NCBI GenBank assembly: GCA_036172245.1
Contig: JAYWIR010000013.1
Coordinates: 1,426,001-1,490,000 of the forward strand
Length of the DNA: 64,000 nt
Direction: 5' to 3'
Origin: Raillietiella orientalis
Taxonomy: Eukaryota
Positions 49,513 through 62,780 of the stretch are shown here, one piece after another. Position 1 is the first letter of the stretch. Every line of letters starts with the position of its first letter. Below the pieces are notes generated by a model that was not told the DNA's origin, did not search any database, and worked only from the letters and a program-made list of their open reading frames with translations. The position numbers and the translations under genes were made by a program.

Positions 49513-52500
49513 GTGAATTATTCATCTGTTTTCACAGAGCGCGCATGCGCGCGCGCGCGATTTTATCTTTTTCTTCTTCTCCTTCTTCTAGGGTTTTTGG
49601 ATCCTTCCCGACGAGGCACATCTGGGAAGTCTGCTGCAGAGAATTTCCAAGTTAGTACCGCGCAAACGTCTCCGCCTGACTGGTGCTGTTCCGTCCTGGA
49701 AAATAAATAAAGGCAAGAGGGCACGGGTAGAAAACATCGGCAGATGTTTTGATTGATGAGTCTCTCCCTTCGCACGCAGCCTCCGCGGACGGGGGAGCAA
49801 TTGGCGGCGAGTTCGTGCGTCTGCGACAGCAGGGTGGTGTTTTCAGGGAAGGGAGGGAGCGAGTCTCGGGAATCGACGGGAGATGCCGAAGACGGAGGAA
49901 AGAGGTGTGCTTAGAGAAGCCACGGGAGGGGGAGGAGGAAGAGCGGCGGGCGGGCGGGTGGGCCATCTGCGGTGTGTTTTTAAAGAACCACCGCTGCCGA
50001 GCAAGCGCAGGTGACGCCTGCGCAGCGCAGGAGTCGCCGTCACACAGGGACGTTGTTGTCGCCGTCTGTCGGACGCCACAGGCTATCCGCGGAGAGGAAG
50101 GAGGAGGTGGCGGTCAATCGAAGGCGCCTCGAGTGGTGCCAGGAAGTCACTGCTCCACCCGCCGTTGCGTCGCCAGTCGCGACTGCGGGGACCTCGGAAT
50201 ATCTGGGGGCGCGTGATGCAGGGTGGATTCCTTCCGCCCACGCGGCGCGCAAGTATCCTCCCCGGCGTTCCGCTTCTCGCACCGAGAGCGATGTCGCCGA
50301 CGGGGGTTGCCGCCGCCGCCGCCGGGAGGGAGGCGGCGGCAAAGCGCACGTGGAAGGCAACCAAAAGGGACGCCAGGTGGAACGTGGCGCCGCCGTCTCC
50401 TCTGAAAGGAAGGAGGAGGAGGAGGAAGGGCAAGGAGCGATGAGGGAAAGGCAGCAGACGGAGTCCTGCCGCTGCCACCAGGAACAAAAGGGGGGATAGA
50501 GGAGGGGATCAATGAGCCTGGCTCACCGCCACCTGCCTGGCCCAGCGGGTGCGCCCGAAGGCACGCCTTCGCAACTCCTGCCGTCACATTACTTTCCTCC
50601 CGTCCCCCGACGACGGCTGGGAGAGGGAAGTGGTAGGAACACAGCAGCCACCCGGCTTTCTCTCGGATGTGCCCGCGCATGGCCAGCTGGCGTCCCCATC
50701 GACCGCGCTTCTGCACTGCGAAACCAAGAAGCTTCGTCTGGAGCAATGAGTCCATGTGGGCCCTACTTGGATCTTCCCTAAGATGGAAAGCTCTCTCCAT
50801 ACGCACGCACGTGATGCCGAGGGGACGACAAACCGCACGGGAACCCACGGAATGACGCGCACCTTTCAGAACGAACCTCTCCCGGCGAACGAACCTCCCG
50901 TCCTCTGCTGCAAGACCTGTTGTCTTTTCGTCCCTCGCCTGGGGTATAGTCTCGGAGGAGGAAAGGGTGGAGCAAGTACGCAGAAGGACTCCCCAGCCTT
51001 CGCGCGCAGAACTGTCGTTTGTAGGCTCGTTCCGCCCGCTCGCGACTGCGACCCGTTCGTCCGGCGGCGTCGGCCCGTCCGTCGCCGCCGTCGCCGCCGC
51101 CGCCTGACTGACGCCCTAGGACGGACGGCGCCCGGAGCCGTCAGGCAGCAGGAGGACGCAGCCACGTTTGGATAGAAACGAAATGGCGTCCACCCCGAGT
51201 GAGTCGAAGAGCACTCACGACCGGAGTCTCTCCTTGTACGGAAGAGAAGGGATGTGTGGGAAGAAGGAAGCAGTGGCAAATCATCCCTGAAGTGGGCGAG
51301 GGAGGGAGGGATGTTCCATTGACCCTGTTCTTCTTGAGCGCGCACCTCTGCTCGACTCTGGGAAGCGGAAGGAAATTGGCGGTCGGTGGCACCCAAACAA
51401 TTCAAACTTCTTTCGACTCCCCTTTTCTTCGAACTCTGGATGGATTCCTCGAATCGAGCCAGCAATAGCAACAGCAACCATGCGGACGTCTCCCTCCTTT
51501 CCGCATACACGATCAGCCAGTCGTGCTTCCCTCCTCCCGGGCTTTTCCAGATTACAGGGGGAGGCGACCTCGTGTGGACAGAGTTCTGGGGGCCAAGCGC
51601 AGTGTCCCCCGCGTCTGTGCACAATCTCCTTCATAATCCTTTTCTCGCATCCTGACATTCGGAGAGGTGAGAAAAGGAAGCTGTCTCTCTGTCAGCGGTC
51701 GGCGGAGGCAGGCAGCCTGACAGAGGCTGCTCTTACGCGCGCTACAGAGGGAGCGGGGAGCTCTGCTCATCTGGCAGACCAGGCCAGAAGAACGGGCGTT
51801 TCCTCCACGGTTTTGCAGGAAAGGGCGCGGTTGCAACTGCTCCGACGGTCGGTCCACCGCGCCCATCCTCCGTGGGCGCGGTCGAGGCGGCCACCTGGAG
51901 AGTATCTGGCGTTCCTCCTCCCTTCCTTCATTGTGGGCGGGTTGGCGCTGTGAAAACGCTAGGCGCAAGACCCGGTGTCGGAGTGAGGGAGGGAGAGAGG
52001 AAATTGAGACGAAGCAGATCGCACCCCGAAGTCGGCTCCTCGTCCTGACACGGCAAATTCGAATTTTTTCTCTTGTCCCTTGCAGGGGAAATTGGAACTC
52101 GTTCTTGCTCGTTCCCGCCCGAGATATCGGTGGTCTGTGATCAGCACTTCCGCTCCTGAAGACCATAGAGTTGTCCGCTCACGCTGCACGAGGGAGGGCA
52201 TTCTCTTTCCCCGGGGATCGCGAGATATGAATCTTATATTTCTTGGAACAATCAACCCAGGATTTCCTTCCTTCTTTGTCGGAACTTTTGTGCTCCGGAC
52301 GTCCTGGTGCCCCTCAGGCAGCGAGCCGAGTTGCAGGAATGCGATCCGGGCCAACGAGGGGGTCTAGCAGTATCCGGTTGGGTCTCTCTCACTCGCGGAT
52401 TGCGACCCTTTCGTAATGACGAGCGTCTGTACCTCCGGCACGTCCTCTGGTGAGGGTTGCCGTGTGATAGCACGTTGCTGCTCCTGGGAAGATGGAATAA

Positions 52501-54181
52501 GTTTTCGACATGTTTTGAAGTTAGCGGCATCGCTGGCAGATCGGAATCGTTCTGGTAGGGATGATGCTGATGTTCCCATTTCTCTCGAGGGTCGACATGT
52601 CAACATCCGTACGATTTTGTCGGAAACAGTCGCAATGAGGGTAAAAAAAAAAAAGGATCGACGAAACACAAAGAGGTGTACACGAGGAAATTGCCGTAGA
52701 TGTTCCCAGAATCAGGTTCCGTAAGTTCACTTTCGGAATTTGTTTTATGTTGCCTCGATCTACCCGTGTACTCCATATATGTACCAAGGCAACAAACAGC
52801 CAGTTGTGAATATGCCCCCAAAAGCATACCTGAAATAGTCCGAGAGTTTTTTGAACAATTTCTCTACAGATATGTGAAAGGGGGGGGGGGGACAGTCTCC
52901 CTGGTACTTCTGGATTCGAGACTCTCGTCAAAGATGTAGTTCTTCGAATGCATCTTTCCTTCTTATGAGGTCACATTCCCATGATATGCATCGGTATCGG
53001 TTCATCAAAGATCGAAATTAACATCCAGTCTCGTGTTTGTTGCGTTCATTAATGGTAATAACCATGATAGAGGTTTTTCATCATTCGTCTTTTACCATTC
53101 TTGCCTTTTATAGAGAGTCGTAGGTTTCCGTCCTCAGTAAAGGTGGATGGCTAATGTTAGAATTTCTAGTTCATGCTGATAGTATCAAAAACGTTCATCC
53201 TCGAACACTGGCCACGAAAATATGAGTTAACGCTCTTTTTTTCTTTTTTCTTTGCTTTCATGAATCATGGATCTCGGATAAGCGTATCCCAACCGTTTCG
53301 TTTCTTATAAATGGTTTCTCAATCTACTGTCTTCTCAGAGCTGCAACCCATCGATCGAAATAAGTTCATTGGTTTGCCAGAGGTTACAGATGCATTTCGT
53401 CGAGTTGATTAGCATGTTAAATTCGTAACACAAATTAGTTCAGTTCTAATTCGTACTCTGGCTTTCACTTTTGCATCACATGCTCTGTCGTGTTCTTCCC
53501 AACGCTTGGTCTCGGTTTCACCATCAACGTGGAGAGCACATGCTGAATTCGAAATCTTCATCGGGTCCATCGCTCTTCCTGCATCTTTCGAAGAGCATTT
53601 GCAAAGCAGAACAAACAAGTGATGACTTGCAACGCGCCTGTGTCTTGTTAGTTTTCTGATTTTGTTTACTTATTTCCTCATCTTGACGTATCTTTGCACT
53701 TGTTTCATAGAGGGAAAACTTCTTGAAAGCATTCGGCCGATTGTTTTTTTTTTTTCTTTCCCTGTCAGGGACGATCGGCATTTTGAGAAACAACTTGTAA
53801 CCTCCTCTCTGGACCAGAAAGGAAGAAAACGTAGAGGTCACGATTACCCTAATAGTGACGCCGATGTTTGTCAAGAATGCGGATGATGAAATGATGATTC
53901 CCCAATGCCATTACCATTCCCGAATACAAAAAGAGGGAGAGGAAAAAAAAAAACGGATCTGAATTCGTCATTACGAGCAATTAGCACATCATTAAGTGAT
54001 GGATGAACGAAGTGTCTCAGCAACGCTGTAATCATCAAGTGCCTGCTGGTGTAGGCAAAGTCCGAAAATGGAGATAAGCCGATCCAGAGACAACGTGGTG
54101 ATGTTTCGCTTCGAACCCGGATAATTGACGCTGTGGCACGAAAGGGATGCTGCTGCCATCGTAATTTCCAATCCTGCAGAA

Positions 54182-56939
54182 ATGGAAAGCAAAAGTGAAA
54201 ACGGCCTACGACGTTTGAGTCTGCTGGACCCCAACAGTTTCTCAAATCCAGGTAAACACGAAACTCATCGGTCTTGTAGACGATCGTCTTTTTGCAAATT
54301 CGACTTTTGTGCCATGACATCAGTAGGCACTTTTATAATCTGTTGTGTGTTGGCGTGAGGATTGCAATTAAAACTTCTCGAATTTCATTTTAGCAATAGT
54401 GAAAGTAGTGAACTTACACCTTGCACTTGATGTGAACTTTGAGGAGAAGAAAATATTTGGTAAAGCTTATTTGGATTTAGAAAGAAAGGATGGATCGTGT
54501 AATAATTTGGTAATTATAGATTAACGATTATTTATAATCAAAGTTTTATGAACTGAATTAGTGTATTTTTGTGAAAGTTTATGCACATTATTTGCTTACT
54601 TGATACGGAAAAATGAAACATTCTCGCATGAGTTAGGCTGTGTTCTGTTAATATTACCAGTAATTAGTAAAGCAAGTTGAAGGCTCTCAATGTGTTTCTC
54701 GGAAATGTTAAAGTCAGATTTTCAGCCCAACATGCATTTTTACCGGATATTTGTTTTAAGAAAGACATGTTTTTCAGCTTTTGGATGTAAGAGATTTGTA
54801 CATCAAGAGTGTGACAGAATGTGACACAAATACGTCTTTGGAATTCAGAATCTCTGATTCATCTCCATTTGGTTCTTGCTTGGATATCTCTCTTCATCCT
54901 TCTAGTAACAAGTTAGTATAATAATGAGTACTTTCTACATCATTAATCTAAACAAATTTTTCCTACTGTATTCCAATAATGCTAATTACAAGTTCTACTG
55001 GAAATTCTAGGATTTGCATTCACTATGAAACTAGTCCCAGTTCAAGTGCATTGCAATGGCTGGAACCATGCCAGACTACAGGGAAAAAGTTGCCTCTTCT
55101 CTTTAGTCACTGTGAAGTATGTGGTGGTCTTTATGTCTGCCTTTTAAGCCTTCAGTTTATTGTAGGCCATCCACTGCCGCAGTTTGATTCCTTTACAGGA
55201 TACACCAGCTGTGAAAGCACCATACACAGCTGAAGTGAGAAATGCAAAAGTGAAACAGTAAACGGTAACTTTGTTTTCCAGGTTTATGTAGCCCCAGAAT
55301 TTACGGTGGTGATGAGTGCCCTTCAGCAAGGAGATCCACAGGTCTTGACTGATGGAAAAGTGAAATTCAGCTTTGCCCAGCCAATTCCTGTGCCTTCTTA
55401 CCTAATTGCTTTTGTAGTGGGTGAATTGAGCTGTCAGCGAGTAGGTCCACGTACCCATGTATGGGCTGAGGTATCCATGTTAGAGAAAGCAGTCTATGAA
55501 TTTGCAGAGGTGAACCTGATAAATCAGAATTTGTTCTGTCAAACTTTAGATAGACTGAACAGCTGTTGAAGGCAGCTGAAAACATAATTGGTCCTTATGA
55601 GTGGACTGCATATGACCTTATGCTTATGCCCCCCTCGTTTCCCTTTGGAGGAATGGAAAATCCATGTCTTACATTTGTCACTCCCACACTGCTGGTGATA
55701 ATTTAGAAGATGGAAGGGTAGAAAAGCTGGTGCTCTATTGCATAGGCTGGTGATCGGTCATTGGTCAATGTGGTAGCTCATGAGATAGCACACAGCTGGA
55801 CTGGTAACCTAGTGACCAATCAGAATTTCGAACACTTCTGGCTAAACGAAGGATTCACAGTGTTCCTGGAAAGGAAAATCCTTGGTTCGTTGCATGGAGA
55901 GAGTTTCCGGCATTTTTGCAGCATAGAAGGTCTCAAATGCCTTCAGAACACAGTCAGTGCATTTTAAATCTTTTCATAATATTTTGTTTAGGTGAAGGAA
56001 CTTGGGGAGACGAATTTATTAACCTGCCTACAGCCAGATTTGTCAGGTGTGGATCCTGATGATGCATTTTCCAGCATACCGTATGAAAAAGGTTACATAT
56101 TTCTTTTTTACTTAGAGGAGTTAGTTGGAGGGCCTGGTGAGCAGTATACTAGGAAATTTCATTACTTGATTATTTATAGCTGTCTTTGATGTTTTTCTTC
56201 GCAAGTACATCCAAGCATTTCGATTTCAGTCGATAAGCACCCAAGATTTTAAAGAATTTTTCTGCAATTATTTCACTGATAAAACTAAAGAGCTTCAGAA
56301 CATTGACTGGGATGCTTGGCTGCATCATCCAGGCATGCCTCTTTATATTCCTCAGTAGGCATTTTCCATTAATTTAACATTTTGATAAGGGGACCAGGTA
56401 CAATACCACTCTGGCAGAAGCATGTTCCCAGTTGTGCCAAAACTGGCATTCTTGGGATGGTATATCCCCAAATTCGTTTCATTCCACTGACTTGGATGCT
56501 TTTGATCCTTTGCAAGTACAAGTCTTCCTATCCTTATTTCTGGACCTGCCTCCATTAGCTGTTACCCACCTTGAGAAGATGGATTCTTTGTACGCTTTGA
56601 GCTGCAAAACAAATTCGGAGATTCTATTCCGGTAAAGTGAAGTTCGTTTTGAAGATTAAAAAGGATGTCCTCAGGTGGCTTCGCTTGTGTGTCCGCAGCC
56701 ACTGGGAGAAATCTCTCCCATTGGTATTGGAATTCATTTGTAGTCAGGGAAGGATGAAATTTATCCGTCCTCTGTACAGGTTAGTGAGTTTACTTAATCC
56801 TTTGTATTTCTTTTCCAGAGAGCTATACAACTGGGAAGAAAAGCGTGCATTGGCCATAGAAACTTTCCTAAACAACAAGAAGTGCCTGATGTATGTTGCT
56901 GTACATGCTATATCACAAGATTTGAAATTGACTTCTTAA
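54182..56939 (+). CDS. LTA4H: Leukotriene A4 hydrolase-like M1 zinc aminopeptidase, multi-exon
   Basis: Starts [23 protein letters not shown]. Motifs include [48 protein letters not shown] (HExxH-x18-E), SIPYEKG and QGRMKF. Stop at 56937-56939. Confidence 0.95.
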
Positions 56940-59900
56940 ATAAATCATAACCTTTCTAATTATTGGTTGCATCGATACCTTGATAATGTAGCAAAGTAGA
57001 ACCGTAACGGATAAATGGGACCAAGCATCAATGTACAGCCTGCCTTTCAGAATTTGCATTTTCCATTGGGGAATAAAACTATAAAGTGCCCACATGTTTG
57101 GATGATGACGGTAATATCCGGTACATTTCGATTAAGCAACGTCTGCATGGATAGTGTGTCTGAGACACCATATGAGAGAATTGGCCCAACCTTCTCGCCA
57201 TGCCGTGTTACCATCTCTCCAAAAACCTGGTGAATTTCTTCTTTGATATTGTTTATTACACCCAAGGGAGCGTATTAGAGAAATTCGGACTTTCACAGGC
57301 CATGCCTTTTTTCTACAGTCTTAACCACATACTTATTCCACATGTCTGTATTCCAAACAGTAATGTACATGCGTTATGCCTGTTTATTTATTGAAACCAG
57401 TCGATTGGCGGTAGGAATTCTCTCTCAGTAATATTTACCAAGTGGGATCTTGTATGCGATTACTAAATGTCTGAAAGAGGAAGTCTTTCAACCGTTGCAC
57501 ACTTTGGGACATTTGCTTGGAAAAAAGATGTGGGCGAGCTGCACATGTACATCTTCGAAGTGCCAGTGGTGCCTGGTCTCGGTGCAGATAAAAATCAGTG
57601 GGACAGTGGGTAGCAGTAGATGTGAAAGAAATATCACAGAACGTAATGCACTGCAAAATTCGCCACTGTATGATTAGTGTCGGAGGTGTTCTGTTTGGTA
57701 TGCAGACATCCGCATTGGAAGTTCAAATCACTACGCTGATGCGATCGAAGTCTTTAAACAGTCGGTGGTGGTGCAAGATCGAAGGCGACCGTTTGCTAAA
57801 GAGAGGTCGAGCTACGATCATAACCTGAAATGGAAAGAATAAAGTAACCAAGCAAAGATTTGGTGATTGCTCTTCAGGTAGAAATCCACATATACATCTG
57901 TATATGTTAATTACTTTGCCATCGATTACACAACAATAGTAGTGGACTTAGTCATTATTAGAAAAAAATGCACCGACAACTACGCAAAGATTGACCACTA
58001 TAAGTAATTCATCGGAAGCCACATATCTAAGATGTATTAGCAAGCAGCTACAACTTTACCTTCTGAGTTGTAAATACGCTTCAGAAGCAAACAGAACCTA
58101 TATAAGAACTTGAGGGGCACTTCCCAAGTTTTGTTTTCCCGGTTTTAAAACATCCTTTAAGGATGCATATGTCACAAAATAAGTTGGAATCAAAATGAAC
58201 ATGGAAAACAGAATTTTTGTCGTCAACAAATTGACGGAGACACTTAAATGGAAGCTTATGTTTACCATTAATAAATTCATTATCAGATGGAACGAAACTG
58301 ATTATGGTCCTCAAATCGTTGGAATACAGTGTTCCAACGAATTGAAGATATTCAATTTTTCGCGATTTGTATGTAATTCGAAAGTGAATCCATGATCAGT
58401 ATGATAATCACCAAAAAGGTCATTAATGAAGAATTAATGCATTTTGAACTTATTGAGTAAAGGTGTAACCATCGTTTTGGGAAAACACTCACTGATTACA
58501 TTTATTCGATTATTGCCGAAGGCGAAAACAGTCATTTTCAAACAATCTGATGACATGCAACATTAACTTCTAATCTGTGATGTAACCTATTTTTCACTAG
58601 ATTTATAACCAAGCAATATTTGGGGGAATTCACAAAAGAACAAAGTGTTCTTTTTTCTTTCAGCATGCAAGTAACATATACATTGTTCTTAAGGTGCTTT
58701 GGAGAAATATCATATAAATTGTATTCTTGAATGAATCCTTGTTTAACTAATGATATGCCTTCTCCTTCATAACAGAATAAAATGGTAAAACAAATAATAA
58801 AGTCTGAGTATTTCAGAAAAGCTTTCTGTAAACAAGATTGCAACTCTGGCAACAGAAGAGTGAAAATATTATTCAGTAATAATGAGCTGAGCAAAAGAGC
58901 TAAATATAAGTAATAAATGCTGCACAAGCACTGCGATTTAGTTTGAGAAAAGATATGGTAACACGAGTCCTTGTGAATGCAATGACTTCAGCCAAAGATA
59001 ACTCTGTAAGCTGCATGATCTGCAGATTTTCTACACATGTTCGTTAGTAACATTTTTCGATTCTTTCTCCTAGATAGTAAAAATTTTATCACACAATTGA
59101 ATGTATAAAAGAATCAGAAAGAAAAGAGCACATAGAAACAAAGAGCCTCGATTTCATCATTTGTTTTTCTTTCACTTGTTCCAAGAATCCAGAAGAATCC
59201 ATTTCTTACATTGATATGAAGTCCATGACAGGTTTCTGCTGTCCGACTATACGCAAATGTACTATCAATGTTATATAAGAATTTTGATAATTTTAATATA
59301 ATCAGCGATATAACCAGGTGGTTCAAAACGTCAGACTTCCAAACCAATGATTTTCGATTTTCGTTCAAATCTTTTGAAAATGAAATTTTCAGTCTCAGTT
59401 CCAATCACAGTTAATGTATATGCATCTCTCGAGAGGACAGGTAGCTAGTTTTTATGAGTAGTGCCAGGACGCATTCTCGATTGTACGAATTGTTTTAGTT
59501 ATTATTATCAATAGCTTCGCAAATTTGCGATTTTCTTCAAGGATTTGAAATTTTTCAATTTTTGGTTACAGTTGCTTCCTCACGGCAAATTGAAGATATG
59601 AATCGGAAAACTTGTAGAAATCAAGTACTGTTTGTTAATTTGATTTATGACAATCCATTTGAAAAGAAATCATTCAACATAACTTTTTGTTTTTATATAA
59701 TGTGGTAAAATAAGGACACTAGATGATTACCTAGTAGAAAGATTGATCTCAAATATGTATTTGAGTTAATTAATTAATTAATCTTTTCTTCATATTCTTA
59801 ATAATCAGAGATTCTCATAATCTTCTTAGATTTGTCTTCTTCACATCAAAAACTGATGATGTATTTAGAATCTCTTGCGAATGCGTTATCCCAAGTTTGA

Positions 59901-61544
59901 ATTGCATAAGTTTATGAAAATTTGGTGTTTGATTTTTTTTTCCTTCAAACTCTCATGATTTCGTTCGTCCTTTGATATAATTTTTTTTTTTTTGCAAATT
60001 AATATTTCCATCAGTCTTCCACGTTCATTTATGTAAAACGAAGTGCAACCACATGAGTTCTCAATTTTATCGTATGGTTGTCCTATATGTGTGGTTGGTT
60101 TGACATTCGTAAATATCTTATAGTTTTATGGCTCTGTACTATTCAATTCTGAGAACTTCATAATAGTCGAGAGATTATTTTTCTCTTTTAGGTAGCTACA
60201 TTTTCCGTTTATACAAGATCTTGACGGAAATTCATATTGTTCACCTTTCTAACAAGGAATAAAGGTGGAAAATTCATTCTCAGTTATCAAAATAATCATT
60301 TTGTAGCACTTTTTTATTGCTTTTTACATAAACACATATTCATTAGTTATATTCATTTTAGTTTATTTTTAGTATTACAGAATTTATTTGTATTATTGTG
60401 CCGAATTACAAGGTATGATCAGTGACACTAGCATTAAGGAATGTTGGAAAGATATCCATTATCCATGCTTTGAGTGTCACATTAATGCCACTGTTTTTGA
60501 ATCAAAACTAAAAGTGGTATAGATACAAAGGCAGTGACACTGTGAAGATCAAGGCAGAGAATTTGGTTTATCTTAATGTTTTGTTGTTATGTTAGAACTG
60601 GAACACATATAGCACATTTGTGGGCACAAGTGAGATTCATGTTAACAACTCACAGTCCAAGAAAACGAATGCATTAGCCTGGCACAAGAAATGGAGTCGT
60701 TAAATCAGTTAGGCTTAATGAAATTCAGAAAACTAATGTATACTGGATTTTCGAGTAGAATGTAGTATTTCAGAAACTTCAGCAGTAATGTTTCAATATA
60801 ATGCCTATTCAATTATATCTTAGAATAGATTAATGGCTATTCCACTTATTAATTACAAAGTAAATATCTTGGTTTCTATGCTTAGGTTCCGAAACATATA
60901 CGGAAGACTGACGGAAGTTTTCATTATTTCCTTCATTTGGGCAAGATTAAAAAAATGGGGTGCATTTTCCTAAATGGTTTTGATTATTCTCAAATGAAAA
61001 ATAAATGTACTTTTTAATTCATGGCTCTTATTGATGGAAAAGGTATCTTATTTATTATTTAAGGTGTTTTCTTGTTTTCTACGACGGGTGCATAATACCT
61101 ATGAGTTATTGAAAGCAGTTTATTTAATCGATTATCTCCACGGCCTCATGAAAGTCGTTTCCTAGGTATACTGGCAATTCTTGTTTTTCTCCCGATTCAA
61201 TTTCGTTAAGATTTTGACTGCTGGTTACGAATTGTTGCAATAATATTTGAATTGGACATGTTGCTACTAATTTTTTCTCTTGTACTAGGGAAAACTGGAG
61301 TATCTTTTCAAAAATTGGTAACATATATTCAAAGGGTCCATCCGTCCATTCGTAATTCCCACTTCTAGGTGAAAATTACGAATAAATGTAGAGTCAATTA
61401 AGTGAGAAGTTAATTTTTTCTGCATGTAAATAGTGAGTTATCTACTTAAGAATAGATTATTTTTTTATCGTGTTTTTCTAAATGTTTGTAGAATTTTAGG
61501 TATCAAGCAGGATGTACAAAAATTTCGAGCCCGTGTAACTCTAA

Positions 61545-62724
61545 ATGGCTGTAATTTTGACTGAAGGAATGATACTGGAAAAAAGTAAGGGAACTGCAAT
61601 ATCAAACGTAAAGAAACTGAACTTTTGGTATGCGATGGTAATCTCGACATAAAACCTCATAAAATGAGTTTTAGGGGACGTGAATTGAAAGATGTGAGCA
61701 TAGTCAAACACTTATCCAAGGTTGAGGTGTTGTCATTAAGGTGTGTATATTGTTCAGATGATCCTTATGATTTTTAATTATTGTTTTGCAGTGTAAACTG
61801 CATTTGCACACTGAAGGATTTTGAGCACTGCATCAGTTTAAGGGAGCTTTATTTACGCAACAATAATATTGCAGACATCAAGGAGATACTGCATCTAAAA
61901 AATCTTCCTAATCTACATAATCTGTGGCTGGCCGAAAATCCATGTACAAAGATTGAGAAGTGATTTTCCCTTTTTTAATATTTAGATCAAAAACCAGTCA
62001 TTGATTTCAGCTATCGAGCAACAGTGCTTAGAGTTCTACCTCATTTGCAAAAGTTGGACAATGTTGAGGTACACCCAGATGAAGTTGCTACAGCCAAGCA
62101 ACTAGGTTCAAAGTTGTGTGAAGATGAGGAAAATCGGAACAGTTGTAATTCTGATGAAAATAGAGGTAAATTCTTAGTTTTAAGGGAAACTTTGTAGTTG
62201 ATTGAGACAAAAACCAAATAAAAACATTTAAATGTTTTTAAGAAAGAAGGTGCCTCCATATTGTTGAATGGTCATAATCAAAACAGGCTTCATCCATTTA
62301 GTGTAGAGAAAGCACCTGATTTGCTTCCTCATCATAGTCCTGTTTCCTCTACTGCAAAAGAAAATTTGACTCCTTGTTTAAAAGATTTCAGTGATTATCA
62401 CAAGTATACTCAGGAAAAATCAAGCCAGGTATTTTACATGTAGTACTAGTGGATTACACATAGTGGATTTCACTGTTTCAGGAACAGTTAAAATATGCAG
62501 ATTCACTCCCCCAAGATGCAGAAAACTGGAAGCAAGTTGCCCAAACACACTTGGCTAACAAGCAGTGCAAGGTAATGGTGTTTATGTCTCTGTACAATCA
62601 TCTAGTTGGTTAGGCAGCGAACATATTATATGCTGTGCTTCACCTTATTAAAGAGTTAGATCTTGTCAGCTTGGAAGTCCTTGAAAAAGCAGTTAGCAGT
62701 CAGATACAAGAATTGAAAGATTAG
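61545..62724 (+). CDS. CFAP410: Cilia- and flagella-associated LRR protein 410 (C21orf2-like), multi-exon
   Basis: Translates MAVILTEGMILEKSKGTAISNVKKLNFWG..VEVLSLSVN..LRELYLRNN..LWLAENPC..YRATVLRVLPHLQKLDN, with the conserved C-terminal helix NILYAVLHLIKELD..SLEV. Stop TAG at 62722-62724. Confidence 0.88.
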
Positions 62725-62780
62725 TGTTAGTTTCCAATTTTCAATTACATGCATTAGACAACAATAAATATATATTCTAT

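Larger units (their letters stand above)
29200..52900. other. Large GC- and CpG-rich compositional domain
   Basis: Sample line 35881-35940 is 44/60 GC, versus 8/60 for 22741-22800 in the flank. The domain has abundant CpG, CGCGCG runs, GCC repeats and G/C homopolymers. Boundaries are gradual and approximate. Confidence 0.85.

Noticed and set aside
35300..52900. Dozens of long overlapping Arg/Pro/Gly/Ala-rich ORFs in the track
   Set aside because: Expected from stop-codon scarcity and simple repeats in GC-rich DNA. No recognisable domains apart from the I-Smad exons.
57435..57823. Minus-strand exon-like segment with one in-frame TGA (possible selenoprotein)
   Set aside because: No resemblance to a known selenoprotein family and no SECIS recognised. 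Could be non-coding or chance.
61386..61437. Alternative CFAP410 first exon (SQLSEKLIFSACK)
   Set aside because: The ATG is followed immediately by TAG, and the ATG at 61545 already gives a complete family-like N-terminus.
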